A stretch of 64,000 nucleotides of DNA from Lama glama (lineage: Eukaryota). Below are positions 51,841 to 64,000 of the stretch, one piece after another. How positions within the stretch are numbered: position 1 is the stretch's first letter; each line of letters starts with the position of its first letter. Below the pieces are notes generated by a model, which worked only from the letters and a program-made list of their open reading frames with translations, had not been told where the DNA came from and made no database searches. The position numbers and the translations under genes were made by a program. The DNA is taken from contig CM052816.1 in NCBI GenBank assembly GCA_028534125.1, positions 13,890,001 through 13,954,000 of the forward strand, written 5' to 3'.

Positions 51841-52749
51841 AATCAAATAATAACATGAAAAATCGGATCAGTAAGTGGGAATCGGTAGTGGTGGGGATTC
51901 ATCTCAACCCTCTGGTAATCAAGCAGATGAAATTTTCAAAGCTTCTGAGAGGAGGGGAGCGCACAGGAGACTCTTGAGCTGGAGGGAGGCAAGAACTATA
52001 ACCAAGACTACTGCTAGACTAGGACCTTGTGCTGTACACCAGAGATTGACACATTGTAATTGACTGCACTTCAATTAAAAAAAGAAAAAAAAGACTGCTG
52101 TTAACCAGGAATTTGAAAGAGCTATTATACTGTCAGTGAAGGGAATGGATCAAGAAAAAGAAAAGTCTATCCACTGGCCTATGAATATGGCTGTCCTCGA
52201 CTCTGTACCAGGAGAGAGAAAAGTTTCCCCTCTAAAAATGTGTCATTACGGACCTGTGCTCAAGTAGGTTTGGGCTACAGATTCATACAATGTTCCTGGC
52301 CTAAGAACCCTTAGCCTCAGAAATTAATATAAGAAAACAGTCCACGATATTCCCTGGATACCAGGTAAAAGCAAACAAAAACCTCTCTGCAGATTCACGC
52401 CCCCAAATCAGGATGTATAACTGTTCCACATTTAATGTCCTCCCAGTCACTGGCTCATAACCTAGAAACTACTTATAAAAAGTTGACTGAGACTGAGTCC
52501 ACAGGCACAACAAACCGTTCAGCAGCACTGCTGAACACCCAAGAACACCAGAGACTGGAATTACTAGCTATTAATTGGATACAGGTCATAAAGTAAGTAT
52601 ATTGAAAAAAGTATCTTTCAAAAGGGGCTTATTAATTATGTGAGAAATAAAAAGACTATCCTGGACACTAGGCCGATTTAATTCAGAAAGGAATCAAATA
52701 CAACATCAAATGAAAAACAGAGACATTGAAATTAACAACTGAGTAGGAG

Positions 52750-54420
52750 AACTACTCCCAGGAACGTCAGAGGACTGAAGTGATCATGAAACCTTCTCAC
52801 CGACGACAATGACAAAAACACAACTTTGAAAAAGTTGTTTAAAGAACAACTATTTAAAGACCCTGCAGAGTCCAAAAGAAGAAGGAGAAGGAGAGTTTAC
52901 TCTCAAAAAACTGTGACAGGGAGGGGTAAGAATTGAGAGTGTACGTCTTCCTGGCCTGAGTTTAACACCCAACTCTGACAGTTACAGCTGTTAAAAAAAA
53001 AAAAAAAAAAGGCAGTGGAAAACCACTGCCTCACTAGCTAAGGTGCCAGAGATCAGAGTTCAAGGCTGAAAATGTAGCTAGAAGTCTACAGGAAAAGTAC
53101 TGGCAGCACAAAAACCACAGAAGGAATATACAGCTCTGAGTATAAATGCTGCCCAAATCTCTGGCCAACAGCTACACTACGCATGTGTAGGAGGAGGCCC
53201 TGGGGCCTGCTGAACACGCAGGCAGGAGCCAGAGACAAACCTGCTCTTGAATCACAGAGCTATGTGCAACCCTCTCTGTGAGTTTGCTGTCTTTTTTTTT
53301 TTTTTCAACTGAGCAAACTTTACAACCATGCACAAGCCTGTTGCCAGAAAGTTGGATCTTATAGGCTGGCAATATCAGAGACAGAGCCCCAAACCAGCAA
53401 AACAGCTAGAAAATCAGGGAGATGGGAACCCCTGGAGGAGAATCAAAAGAAGGTGACCTCCATCTCTGTTGAAGTCCTTGACTAACCAACAAATTACACA
53501 GAAACAGGGAAAACTCTCAAAGGACCAGGAAAAAAAGTAATAAGGGGAAGCCATAAGACTGGAGACAGTAGCTCCTGCATATGAGAAGGGTGACAAAGTT
53601 TGCAGTTGGAGTGCAGACAAGTTAACTGCTGACTAGAACAAAAAATATATATAACATCTCAGAAGAATCTATAGTTGCCATAATGTACTATCTACAAGGC
53701 CCAATTTTCAACCAGAAGTTACTGGACATGCAAAGAAACATTAAAGTGTGCTCTATACTCAGGGGGAAAGGCAACCAACAGAAACTGACTCTGAATGGTT
53801 CTAGATGTTGGATTTAGCTAACAAAAATAAGCAGTTATTAAAAATATGTTCATAATAATAATAAATATTTTCAAAGAATTCAAGGAAATTATGGTATCAT
53901 GTTGAATGAACAGCAAGGAGTTCTCAATAAAGAGAGAAATGGAAACTAGAGCAAAACAAATGGGAATTCTAGAGGTAACAAGTCTAAAAACTGAAATTTT
54001 AAAAGCTCACTAGATGAGCTCAACCACATTTTGAGAAAGGCAGAAGAAAGAATCCATGAACTTGAAGATGGAGCAGTAGAAGTGCCCAAACAAGAGAAAG
54101 GACAAAGATTGAGGAAAAATGGAAAAAACCCAGAGACCTGAGGGAACAACATCAAGATGTTCAAAACACATGAAATTGGAATTCCAAGGGATGAGTAGAA
54201 AGAGAAGGGGCCAGAAAAAAAAATTGAAGAAATAGTTGCTGAAAACTTCCCAAAGGGACACAAAGTAACCCTTAGGGGTGATGGAAACATTCTGTATTGT
54301 GATTGTAGTGGTAGTTTCACGGGTGCATACATCCATCAAAACTCACCTAACTGTACAATTTAAATGAATGTGCTTTATTGTACACGGATTATACCTCAAT
54401 AGAGTTCAAAAATGTAAATG
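52750..54420 (+). mobile_element. Old L1: 5' UTR and degenerate ORF1 joined directly to an L1 3' end
   Basis: ORF1 motifs (gcagaagaaagaatccatgaacttgaagat...ttgaagaaatagttgctgaaaacttcccaaa) then 3' terminus (ggggtgatggaaacattctgtattgtgattgtagtgg...tatacctcaata). Confidence 0.7.
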
Positions 54421-54444
54421 ATAAAATCCACCTCTCCCTTCCAC

Positions 54445-54950
54445 TAAAAAAAAATCATAACAGATGGGTTCAATACTCTGTTGGATACATCTGAAGAGAG
54501 AATAGGGGTAAACCCAAGGATAAATCTGAAGAAATGAGCAAGAATGTCACCTGTTGAGATCAACGAGAGGTCAAGAGACATGGAAAAGAGAATGAAGGGG
54601 AGAGCTGTAGTATGAGAGATGAGTGGAGACACGGACTGATGGTATCTGGAGAGTATTTTTTCACTGAGTATTTTCCAGTTTTGATGAAAGACATGAATCC
54701 TAAGGTTTGGGACACATATGAAGTCCTGTGCAGTATAAGCAAACTGTATCCACATCTGGACACACAGTCGTGAGGATGGAAAGGGCCACAGAGAATATAT
54801 GAAAACCAGCTGGAGCAAACAGCAATTATCTGTAACATGGGATTCATTCTGGCAGCAGACTTTTCAACACAATAGTGGCAGAGAGAGAGAGAGAGAGAGA
54901 GGGAAGAAGCTGGTCTTCAAAGTGCTGAGAGAAAATAAGTATCAACCCAC
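54445..54950 (+). mobile_element. Older L1/HAL1 ORF1 remnant
   Basis: agatgggttcaat...ctgaagagagaat...aagagacatggaa...tgatgaaagacatgaatcc...tcttcaaagtgctgagagaaaataa. Confidence 0.6.
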
Positions 54951-55449
54951 TCCCTGTTGGTACCTCGTAACCAGCTGCAGAGTCACTTCTGAACAGCACC
55001 TTCTGTGGTGAGCCTTCTCATTACCTCTTCGCTCCCAGTCCATCAAAATAGGCCCAGGCTCTTAGGCTGTTAAGGGATTTTATTTAAAGTAAACAGTGTT
55101 AATGTGTTGAGGGTGTTAATGACTTAATACTGTGGACTGCCAGTGTTGACTTAAGCCATTTTTATTATAATATTACTTAAATATGCACAAATATATAAAA
55201 CTAGGTATAAGCCCTTATGCTTATAGTTCTTCCACAACTATTAAGCCAAGACAAATTTATACATAAGTATATGTGATTTATTTACCAAGAAATTAAAAGT
55301 AAAAATGACAATGCCAATAAAATCCAAAATACTACATAAATGTGACGGATGATGTTATTTTACTGAGATTAAAGGACTAAAATTGTGTTTAATAGCAGAA
55401 AGATACAGCTGTGTGCCTCCTCCTTCACCAAAGGAGGCTCGATGCAAGG

Positions 55450-55640
55450 GGTGTGGAGTCAGGCTGCCTGGGCTGGATCCCACCCTGTGATATGGGCGGT
55501 CTTCATCTCTGGAATCCCCACCCCTCCCCGTAAAATGAAGATAATGAGGACCTACTCAACGGATGTTGTGAGGATTAAATGCAACATCACGAGGCAAGTA
55601 GTGAGCACATAAAAAGGGCTTTACAAATTATTATTATTGC
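55450..55640 (+). mobile_element. MIR SINE
   Basis: ggagtcaggctgcctggg...taaaatgaagataat...gttgtgaggattaaatg. Confidence 0.75.
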
Positions 55641-57184
55641 TGTTGTAATTTGTTCTTTTTGATAATAAATCCATTTTATCTTCTGTTCCATTATTTTGAA
55701 AGGCTAATCAATTTAATGAGGCACCCTAAAATACCCAAAAAATTCCATCCAAGGAAAAATACCCTCATGAACTTGGGACGTACAAAGTTGGCTCTTTGTT
55801 ATATCTTTGCCTGTAATGAAAAATGTACCGACCACACCAGGCTTCTGAGTATGGAATGCCTATTAGTGTGAGCCTCCTGGGGACTCAATTCGCACACCAT
55901 GTTTTCTCTGCCATCTCTGACAAACCCTGTGACAGGATGTCAACGCCCTTCCCTCTGTCCTAGTGTGAGCATAAACTCCCACGCAAACCTGAGAACCGAA
56001 AGAATATGGCCAGTCTGAGTCACACAGTGATCGTCCAGGTGACCCAGAACAGGGTTACAGTCCTTTTTAAAGATCCTCCCTGAAGCAGAAAGACACACAC
56101 ACACTACCAACACCACTCTCAGATTTAAAAGCTTTCTGGAAGTGAAGGGTTTTAAGCCAAAAGAGGCATTCCATGGGGGAGAATCGTGGACCCGGTGCCA
56201 GGCTGTAGCGGGAGGTTGGTAAAAGGGAGGGTTTGTCATCCTTTAGGGGCAAAAAAAGGCTTACACATTAAAAACAAAACAAAAAGCAAAGAAACTAAAA
56301 AAAGCCCACCAGGTACTCAGTCTCCCAAGAGAGCAAGCCCAGCCATACAACAAAGTCTTATGATTTTAGTTTTTATAGAATAGCAATTTATAAGACAATC
56401 TGGGCTGAACTATCCCTACAATGTGTATCAAGGCAAATTTAATAAGCAAACTAGCAATACCAGAGGAGAAATTTTTTACTACTTAAAAATACAACCATTT
56501 TTAAAAATGACTTTGGCCCCTATCATATACAAATGCAGCAACTTAAAAGAAAATTACAGCTCTCTCTTAATTAAGGCAAATCTATTAAGCTCTTGGTCCC
56601 AAAGGTACATCCTTGAAGGTAATCAAAGTCTATTCCCCATACTTACAGTTCAGACTGGCCCTAAATGCCAATTAGTCTAAATGGATAAGGAATTAGCTGA
56701 GTTAGGTAGGTCCAGACATATCTTACAAACAAAAGCAGATCCTTCCAAGTGAGAAAGTTGTTTCTCACTTGGAACTTTTTGCCCCTCTGTTTAAGTCCTC
56801 TCCTAAAGGCATGGCAGACGGGTGAAACGTGGCAAAGACCATGTACAATGGATCACATAGTTACTTAACAAAGACCACTTTGACCCAAACAAGCTGTTAC
56901 ACCATGACCCAGAATGTTGCACCAGGAGGCCAGCTCCACTGATGGGCTCCACCCATTACCTGGAGTCTACTTTCCCTGCACCCAAACTGACTGTCTTCCT
57001 CCATCTCCCAAGATCCTGAGGAGACCAATGAACAAAAAAATTGGTGTAATTCCTCAAGTCCTTTAAGAACACTAAGTACAAAGAATGATGACTAGATTCA
57101 AACCAAACACCAGATTCTTAGAAAATGGAATCCCCACATTTACCTCCCACCCCACCAACTTAAACTAAAAAGTAGGAGAGGCCA

Positions 57185-58130
57185 AAGAATCAAAAGCAAG
57201 GACTCAAATAGACACTTATACACCCATGTTCACAGCAGTATTATTCACGATGGCCAATGGTGGAAGCCACCCAAGCATCCATCGACAGATTAATGGATAA
57301 ACAAAATGTAGTACGTACATGCAAGGGAATACTACTCAGCCATAAAATGGAACAAAGTGCTGATACATGCCACAACCAAGATGAATCCTGAAAACATTAA
57401 ACTAAATGAAATAAGCCAGATACGAAAGGACAGATACTGTGTGATTCTACTTAGATGCGTTATCTAGAATAGGCAAATTTACAGAGACAAAAAGTAAGTG
57501 AGGGGTTAGTAGGGGCTGGAGGGAATGGGCAGTTATTGCTTAATGGTTACAGAGTCCCTGGGTGGAGTGACGAAAGTCTTAGAAACAAACAGTAGTGATG
57601 GTTGCACAATGTTGTGAATGTAATTAAGACCATAAAACTGTACACTTAAACACAGTTAAAGCGGCAAGTTTTGTGTTATATTTTTTTAACCACTATTTTT
57701 TTTTTAATGAGGGACTCAAGGCACTGAAAACAACCCAAATGTCCTTCAACAGGGGAATGGTTAAACAAACTGTGGTATATCCACAAGTTACAGTAAAATG
57801 AAACAAAACTATTGGTACACACAACAACTTGAATTAATCCCAAAGGTGTTATGCCGAGTGAAGGAAGCCAGTTTCTAAAGGTGACATCCTATAAGATTCC
57901 ATTTAATGACATCCTCAAAAGAAAAACTCTAGGGGTGGATAATGGACCAGGAGTTGCTAGGGGCTAGAGTGAAAGGACCGGTGTGCTTATAAAGCGACAG
58001 CACAGTGGTTTCCTGGGGGTGATGAAGCAGATCGGTACCCTGATTGTGGTGGTGGTTATGTGAATCCACGCATATGTTAAAACCCAGAACTGTTCATCAA
58101 AAATCCAAAAAGTCAAATTTAAAAATAGCA
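57185..58130 (+). mobile_element. Two L1M 3' ends (L1MB-like ~57185-57700; L1MC/ME-like ~57720-58130)
   Basis: cacccatgttcacagcagtattattcac...gaatactactcagccataaaa...gatggttgcacaat; aacaacccaaatgtccttcaacagggga...ggggtgatgaa. Confidence 0.85.
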
Positions 58131-61100
58131 CCAGTTGTTATCACTGCTCTTCTAACCACTGATTGCTGCTTCCTCTCAAGTCTCCATTTCCCATGAATTT
58201 CTCTACCTCTTAAAATACCCAGGGATCACAATCCGGAAAACACGTCTTGAAAAATTATAATGAAGGGCCATGTTTCTATTCCTAGGAGAGATTCTTTTCC
58301 CTGCATGCACCTCATCCATCCCCGTGTAATCACGCTGTTTGTCTCTGCAGCCTTGATGCCGTTCCTGCATAAGACTTTATTCACTTGGGGAAAGAAACGT
58401 GGCTGTGTCCCAGGGATATGGTCCCCAGGGTCCTGGAGATTGTGAGAACACACATCTATCATGACAGTGAGGGGAGTCCTCAGAGTGCTTCCTCTGAGGT
58501 CCAAAGTTGGCAAAGTGTGTGTTCTTGCAGTGGAGCCTCCTAGGGTCTCTAACCGTGACAGCCCCCTGCCCCCAAACCTTCTGGTTTCATGACCATGAAT
58601 ACCTGGATGGAGCCAGTCCCACAAGAGCCCACATCCAAGGCTCCATCTAATAAACACACTTAAAAGCTGTGGGAAACCCTGGATCCAAACCAATGGTTTG
58701 CAAGAGAAAAATGGGAAAAGAAAGTTCCCAGCTACCTCCTGTTTTCCATGGCAATTCATGCTACCTCGGCAGCCCTGGCCTGCAGAAGCCTCTGGAAGCC
58801 CCTGGAACATTATTTATGGCAGCTACAGCCCTGGATGGGAGCTGGGCAAACTGGGGAGAACGCAGACAGAGGGGGACTGCCCTGCTTCATCTCCTCACGT
58901 ACATCCTCACCTCTCCTGGCTGGGCAGGGCAGGGGTCACCTGGTGACAGGATACTTTACCAGCAAGCCATTTATCAGGACTCCTCGTTAAAAAGTTGGAA
59001 AGCGTAACGCTGGAGCTGGGTTTGCCACCTTCCAACACCTCATTAGCCTCGTCACTGTTCTTCTGTCGAGGGCAAGCGTCTCAAGAATCACTTCATGAGT
59101 TCTGCCCTGAACTCTCGAGCAGGAAAAGGAACAACACTCTGCCTGAAAAATGACCCGCCCCCCGATATGACCGCAAGAGTTGTGCCAGATCACAAACAAA
59201 ACAAGGAGGATCTGACAAGGTAAAGGCGATCTACCTAGACTTTACTAAATGTAGGAGGAATAATAAATAACCAGTTTTTCACAGGCCTTCTAGTAAAGGG
59301 GAGGATGTCACCCCACTTCTCTCTGAAGGAGACAGCTGAGAATAAATCATGAGGGATCTGAGCCATGCTGTGGACTGAAGCTGCACATTTTGTGAATTTT
59401 GAACTCAACCCAAGTATTCTTTTTTTATTTTTTTTCACTCAATGGCAAAACTAAACTTAGGTTTTAAATACATAAATAAACCCTAGGCATACAGCTCAAA
59501 CTGAAACCAGGTCCATTTATTTTTCCATCACTGGTGAACTGAAATATAAAAACATTCACTCAACCAAACCGACATTTCTCTGTCTTTGAGACCGTCTCTG
59601 GTATCGTGGAAACTGGAGGAAGCTGCTGAACTCCTGGGGAGCAAGGCATCCAACTCCATCTCATCACTGGTGAGAATTTGGAGAGACTTAGAGAGATGGT
59701 CCCGAGTGGCTTCTCGAAGCCCAAGGGCAGGATCCAAAAACTCTAGGTCTTGTCTGAATCTCGGACATTCTCACCTGTCCACAAGAACCAGAATCCTTTC
59801 CTTTCTTGGTCCCCTATAAAAGGAAAGTTAGAGCCTTTTTCCAATCAAAGTAAGAAATGAAGAGACCAAAAGATGGATTCCAATGCTTATGTATTTTCTT
59901 TGATCTAGAGCAAGTTACCATGGCCATGACACTGCTGTCCAGTCTCTTGGATCCCTTCCAAAAGGTCTCATGGGTACCTTCATCAGTCTGAAAAGAACAG
60001 AACAGAAGGGATGGTAAACGTGGCAGACACAGCAAGGCCAGATATTTGATCTCACCTACTCAGGAATGAATGGTGCGTGTGGAGAGATTGCTAGACAAGC
60101 CGGAACACTAATATATACTGGAAATGTTGACATTCTAGACACAAAATATTGAAAATTAGTGATTGGTAGGCTAGACAGTGGGCACGTGAGCAAACCAGAT
60201 GTTGTCTCCTGAGAGAGCAAAGGACAGAGACACAGGCCTGGCCCACAGCCCTAACCATCTTTTGCCATCTCTTTTAGTTGCTTTTCTTCCCCCTTTTTTT
60301 GCATAAGGGTCTATTCTTGGCCCTTTTCCACTCTCCTTGGATGACCACAGCTGTTCGTACACCTTCGAGGAGAGCCTTTTCCCTGATGACTCCTGCTCTT
60401 TGTCTGCACTTCTTTTGGGAGCTGTGAGGTCCGTATGTTCAACTACCCCGTGGACACTGCCAGGCAGATGATGAGCAAACACCTTGAAAAATCCTTAGCT
60501 CTGCCCTGCTTACTCCCAAATCTAGTCCTCCTCCTTCACTCATGAAAATGCGGAGTTCCAAAGCAAAAACTACTCCAAAGTGATTCCCATGATGCTTTGT
60601 CTCAATTCAACAGATTTCCAGCACGAGGAAGGCAGCCAAAAGGTGACCATGTCACGCAGACACACCTACTCACCCTGAGGCTGGGCAGATGTGTGTGGGG
60701 AGGTGTGTGTGTCTGGGTCGGGGGAGGGAGGGGACGGAGCAGTTCCCAGGACACAGAAGTCATTCTTTAAAAGTTGGAGAAGCTGGTCAAACAATCCACT
60801 GTGAACTCCAAGAGCTTTCAATACTTATGCTCGGTATAATTGTTTATAGGACCTACCTTACTGTTTATAAGATAAAGAAAATTATAAGATTTATATGGAA
60901 TTCGCTTATGTCTTGGGATACTGGGAATTCTACAGCTTCATTTAGCAAAGTCACCATGTGCCTAAATAACATGCAAATCTTCAAAAATAAAAAGGAGAGA
61001 AAAATCTAGCAGGAATGAATGCTGAGCACACTCTGACTCTTGCCCTCTCTTTAAGGTCCTTCTGCTGTGCCTGAATATTGCCTCTGCTTCCATTTATGAC

Positions 61101-61817
61101 ATCCCAGACCAGCTGACAACTTTATAAAGGACATTATAAAACAAACCAGCAAACAAAAATAAGCAACCCTTAATGTCCTCACAGGCAACATCAGGGCTTG
61201 GAATCTAGACCTAGTCTAATTATCAAACTTCTTAACCTTCTTTTTATAAATGAGGAAACTAAGGCCCAAAGAGAGTAAGGGAAGGACCAAGGCCACAAAA
61301 TGACAGTGTTGTATTGGCAGAATCCGAATTTGGGGACCTACCTCCCTATTTTATGTCCTTTTCACTCTCTTAAGATACTACTCTTAAAAACAAGGTCTTG
61401 ATTCCCTCCTCCACCCTGAGGTTAACTTCCTTGCCTCTCTACTGCATGGCTTCCTGGCGCCATCTTGGTTTCTTGACTCATGGAAACCGGTTTACTCAAA
61501 TATCTTGTTATATTCAAGGTCAAATTCCAACCACTCCAACAAACTAACCTCTTTATTTTTTTCCTTTTTTGGTAAACCTTCCACTCAGTTCTGGTTTCCC
61601 AACTAAGCAACATATCTGGTTTACCATGGAATTATCTGGTAATGGGGACGCACATCCTTGAGTCTCCGTGAACAGCCACGGCTCAGGCAACTTGTTCTAG
61701 CCCCTTTAGGAATCTACGGTGAGTCTCCGCAACAACACAGAGAAACAGATTCTCAAAATGTTATACATGACATCCTCAATAGACTAATGCCTTATTCATA
61801 ACTATTATAACTGTACC

Positions 61818-61850
<33 letters not shown>

Positions 61851-61861
61851 CTACACACACA
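61818..61861. repeat. Compound (TA)n(TG)n microsatellite
   Basis: Directly visible. Confidence 0.9.
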
Positions 61862-63234
61862 AACTTATTCACACAATAAGAACTATAACACATATATTGA
61901 ACATGATTACTCTTGCTGTAACATTTAGCCAAAAAATTCAACAAAAAGGCTTTGGAGAATGATGAGATTTTATATAGCATGACACAGTAAACTCAGCTCT
62001 CAGCTGGAAGTCATCGTAAAGTGTTGCTTATCCTGATTTTGCTAGCCAGGACTCTGAGAGTCTGACCTGCATGCCAACTCAGGATATCTGAGGAGTCACA
62101 CTAGATCAGTAGCAATTATATTTGCTTCAGGTCCCCCAAACCTTATAAAACAGTAGTTTTCAAACATCTGGCTAACTCTGAGGGATGGAAATGAGAGACA
62201 GTCTCCATTTTGGAAATGCTAATTAATGAAACAAGAAAATGAAGTGGTACCTGTAAATACTGAAAAATAAAGACGTGAAAAAGTGCACATTTTTAAGTGG
62301 ATGTTTGCTTTACCTAAGAAGCAGGATAGGATTACTCAAATAATTAATCAGTTGATTATGTATAAGTAAAAGTTAGCAACAATTTGTGCAAAATAAAACA
62401 AAAATACTGTTAAGAGTGAAAACACTTCAAAGTGATAAATCATTTAAAAAGAAAAATTCGGATCATAAGAAGAAAATCTCTCAAGTTTTACTGAAGTACA
62501 ACAAGTAAATGTAATAAATTAAGGGACACTATTAAAGAGATACTATTTGTAAAAGACAAATGATTGAGGAGAGACATTATATGATGTGTTAAGATTCCTT
62601 TTCTAGAAGTTTATGTATAGATCTACATTTTCCTTAGTTTGCCTTATAGAACATGGTTAAGGAAAATGTTAACTTTTTCTTCAACTTTCGCTTCTGGGTG
62701 CTTACAAGGAAACAATATAGTATCTCCTTGTCCCATTCCACTGTCACGAAAAGCCAGAATTTGTTCTTAAAGGACTGAGCATCCTAGCCCTTTTACCATC
62801 CCTTCTTCCCCCTTTCCCTCTACCTCACCCCTACTCTTAGAAGCAAACTGCATTTTTACTTAGGGAATTATACTAGATCATCCCAGAAAGAAGGAGGGAG
62901 GCCTCTGCTTCACATCAAAGAGGGAGAAGCAGCCATACTCAGGAGGTTGGCTGAAATTCTCTGGAAGTTCAGGGTTCTGGAGTTTCTGTACCTGGTACTT
63001 GAACACCTGTACCCTACTGAGGTACCACACCCAGAACAGGGATGGGGGACTGCTACTAAGCCACAAAACCCTGAGGGCAGCACCAGGGGCTTGCTTCGCA
63101 CCTTCCCTGGGCCTGTGAAAAAGCTCTTTGAAGGACATCTCTGGGCCCCTTGGAGAAGCAGTATCCAACAGATGGCCAAGAAAAGCCACTGGGAAATAGC
63201 AATAAATGGCCCAGATATTTCCCAAATCAGTTTA

Positions 63235-63830
63235 TGAGGCCCATGTTACTCTGACACTAAAACCATACAAAGAGATTATAAGAAAAGTACAGACCGATAT
63301 CCCTCATGAACATCAATCTAGAAGTGCTCAACAAAAGATTAGCCAATTTAATCCATGAATACAGGAAAAGGGTAATTGGGGTATACCCATACAGCAGGAC
63401 ACTACTCTGCAATAAAGAGAACAAGCTGCTGATATACATGATGACATGGATGAGTCTCAAAAATCCTACACTAAGCAAAAGAAGCCAGACAAAGGTGTGT
63501 GTGTAGATATCATATATATCATATAAATATGTATGAATATGTGTGTGTGTACATATCACACACACATGAAACTGGAGAAAAAGACGTGTCAATATGGTGG
63601 CAAGCAGACAATCAGTGGTTGCCTGGGGTGGGATGGGGAAGAGAGGATGAGGGGTAAGGATTTACGGGAACGGGTGCGAGGACATCTCTCAGGTTGATGG
63701 AAATGCTGCGTATCATGATTGTGGTGATTGTTACATGGATGTATAACTCTCTCAAACTTTATCAAAATGTACACTTAACATGGGTGCTTTTTATCATATA
63801 CAAAGTATTGTTCAATAAATTTGACTTTTA
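63235..63830 (+). mobile_element. Old L1: short ORF2 piece followed by 3' end
   Basis: tacagaccgatatccctcatgaacat...ctcaacaaaagattagc, then acatggatgagtctcaaaa...atcagtggttgcctgggg...tgatggaaatg...caataaa. Confidence 0.8.
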
Positions 63831-64000
63831 AAAATCTGAGAAAGCAAGCTTGTCTAATGGAGGCTCTAATTTTTAAAAGGCTACAACATTTGGTAGGGTT
63901 GACCAAAAGAACTATAATCACTTACTACACCAAGGATTCCCTGCAGTGGTACCAGGGTAGACTTGGGAAAGCTGGTGACAGTGGAAACAGCATAAAATAA

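Noticed and set aside
52993..53030. 8-bp hairpin GGCAGTGG-AAAA-CCACTGCC next to A18, resembling a bacterial intrinsic terminator
   Set aside because: Mammalian DNA inside an L1 5' region; resemblance is coincidental.
58226..58810. Longest ORF in the track (194 aa)
   Set aside because: No recognisable protein similarity, no splice context; expected by chance in 64 kb.
1..64000. CRISPR arrays, rRNA, intact retroelement ORFs or a novel multi-gene system
   Set aside because: No repeat-spacer arrays or intact RT/transposase/gag/env frames. The window is explained by FGF1 plus decayed mammalian repeats.

Overview
Mammalian genomic DNA, very probably camelid (a Vic-1-type tRNA-Ala-derived SINE and artiodactyl-type L1 3' ends are present). 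The only protein-coding gene I can support is FGF1 (acidic fibroblast growth factor) on the + strand. It has three coding exons (20440-20608, 32682-32785, 37197-37391; 169+104+195 nt = 155 aa + stop) with canonical GT-AG introns and a ~3 kb 3' UTR probably ending near the AATAAA at 40436. About 20 kb upstream is the region between FGF1's alternative non-coding first exons and its first coding exon; I cannot place those exons from sequence alone. About 23 kb downstream appears intergenic. The rest is old interspersed repeats (L1, L2, MIR, MER DNA transposons, ERVL LTRs) and microsatellites. Repeat family names come from recalled consensus resemblance and their boundaries are approximate. I found no credible novel biological system. 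The best secondary observations are: a three-level nested insertion (MIR > polyadenylated non-repeat retro-fragment > SINE) next to a perfect 82-bp tandem duplication; a locally templated ~135-bp copy of a transposon/L1 junction; a TEAD-motif cluster with a 13-bp inverted repeat; an LTR41-borne CTCF-like motif downstream of the gene; a perfect 14-bp hairpin; and two unusual FGF1 substitutions (T13R, Y89H).
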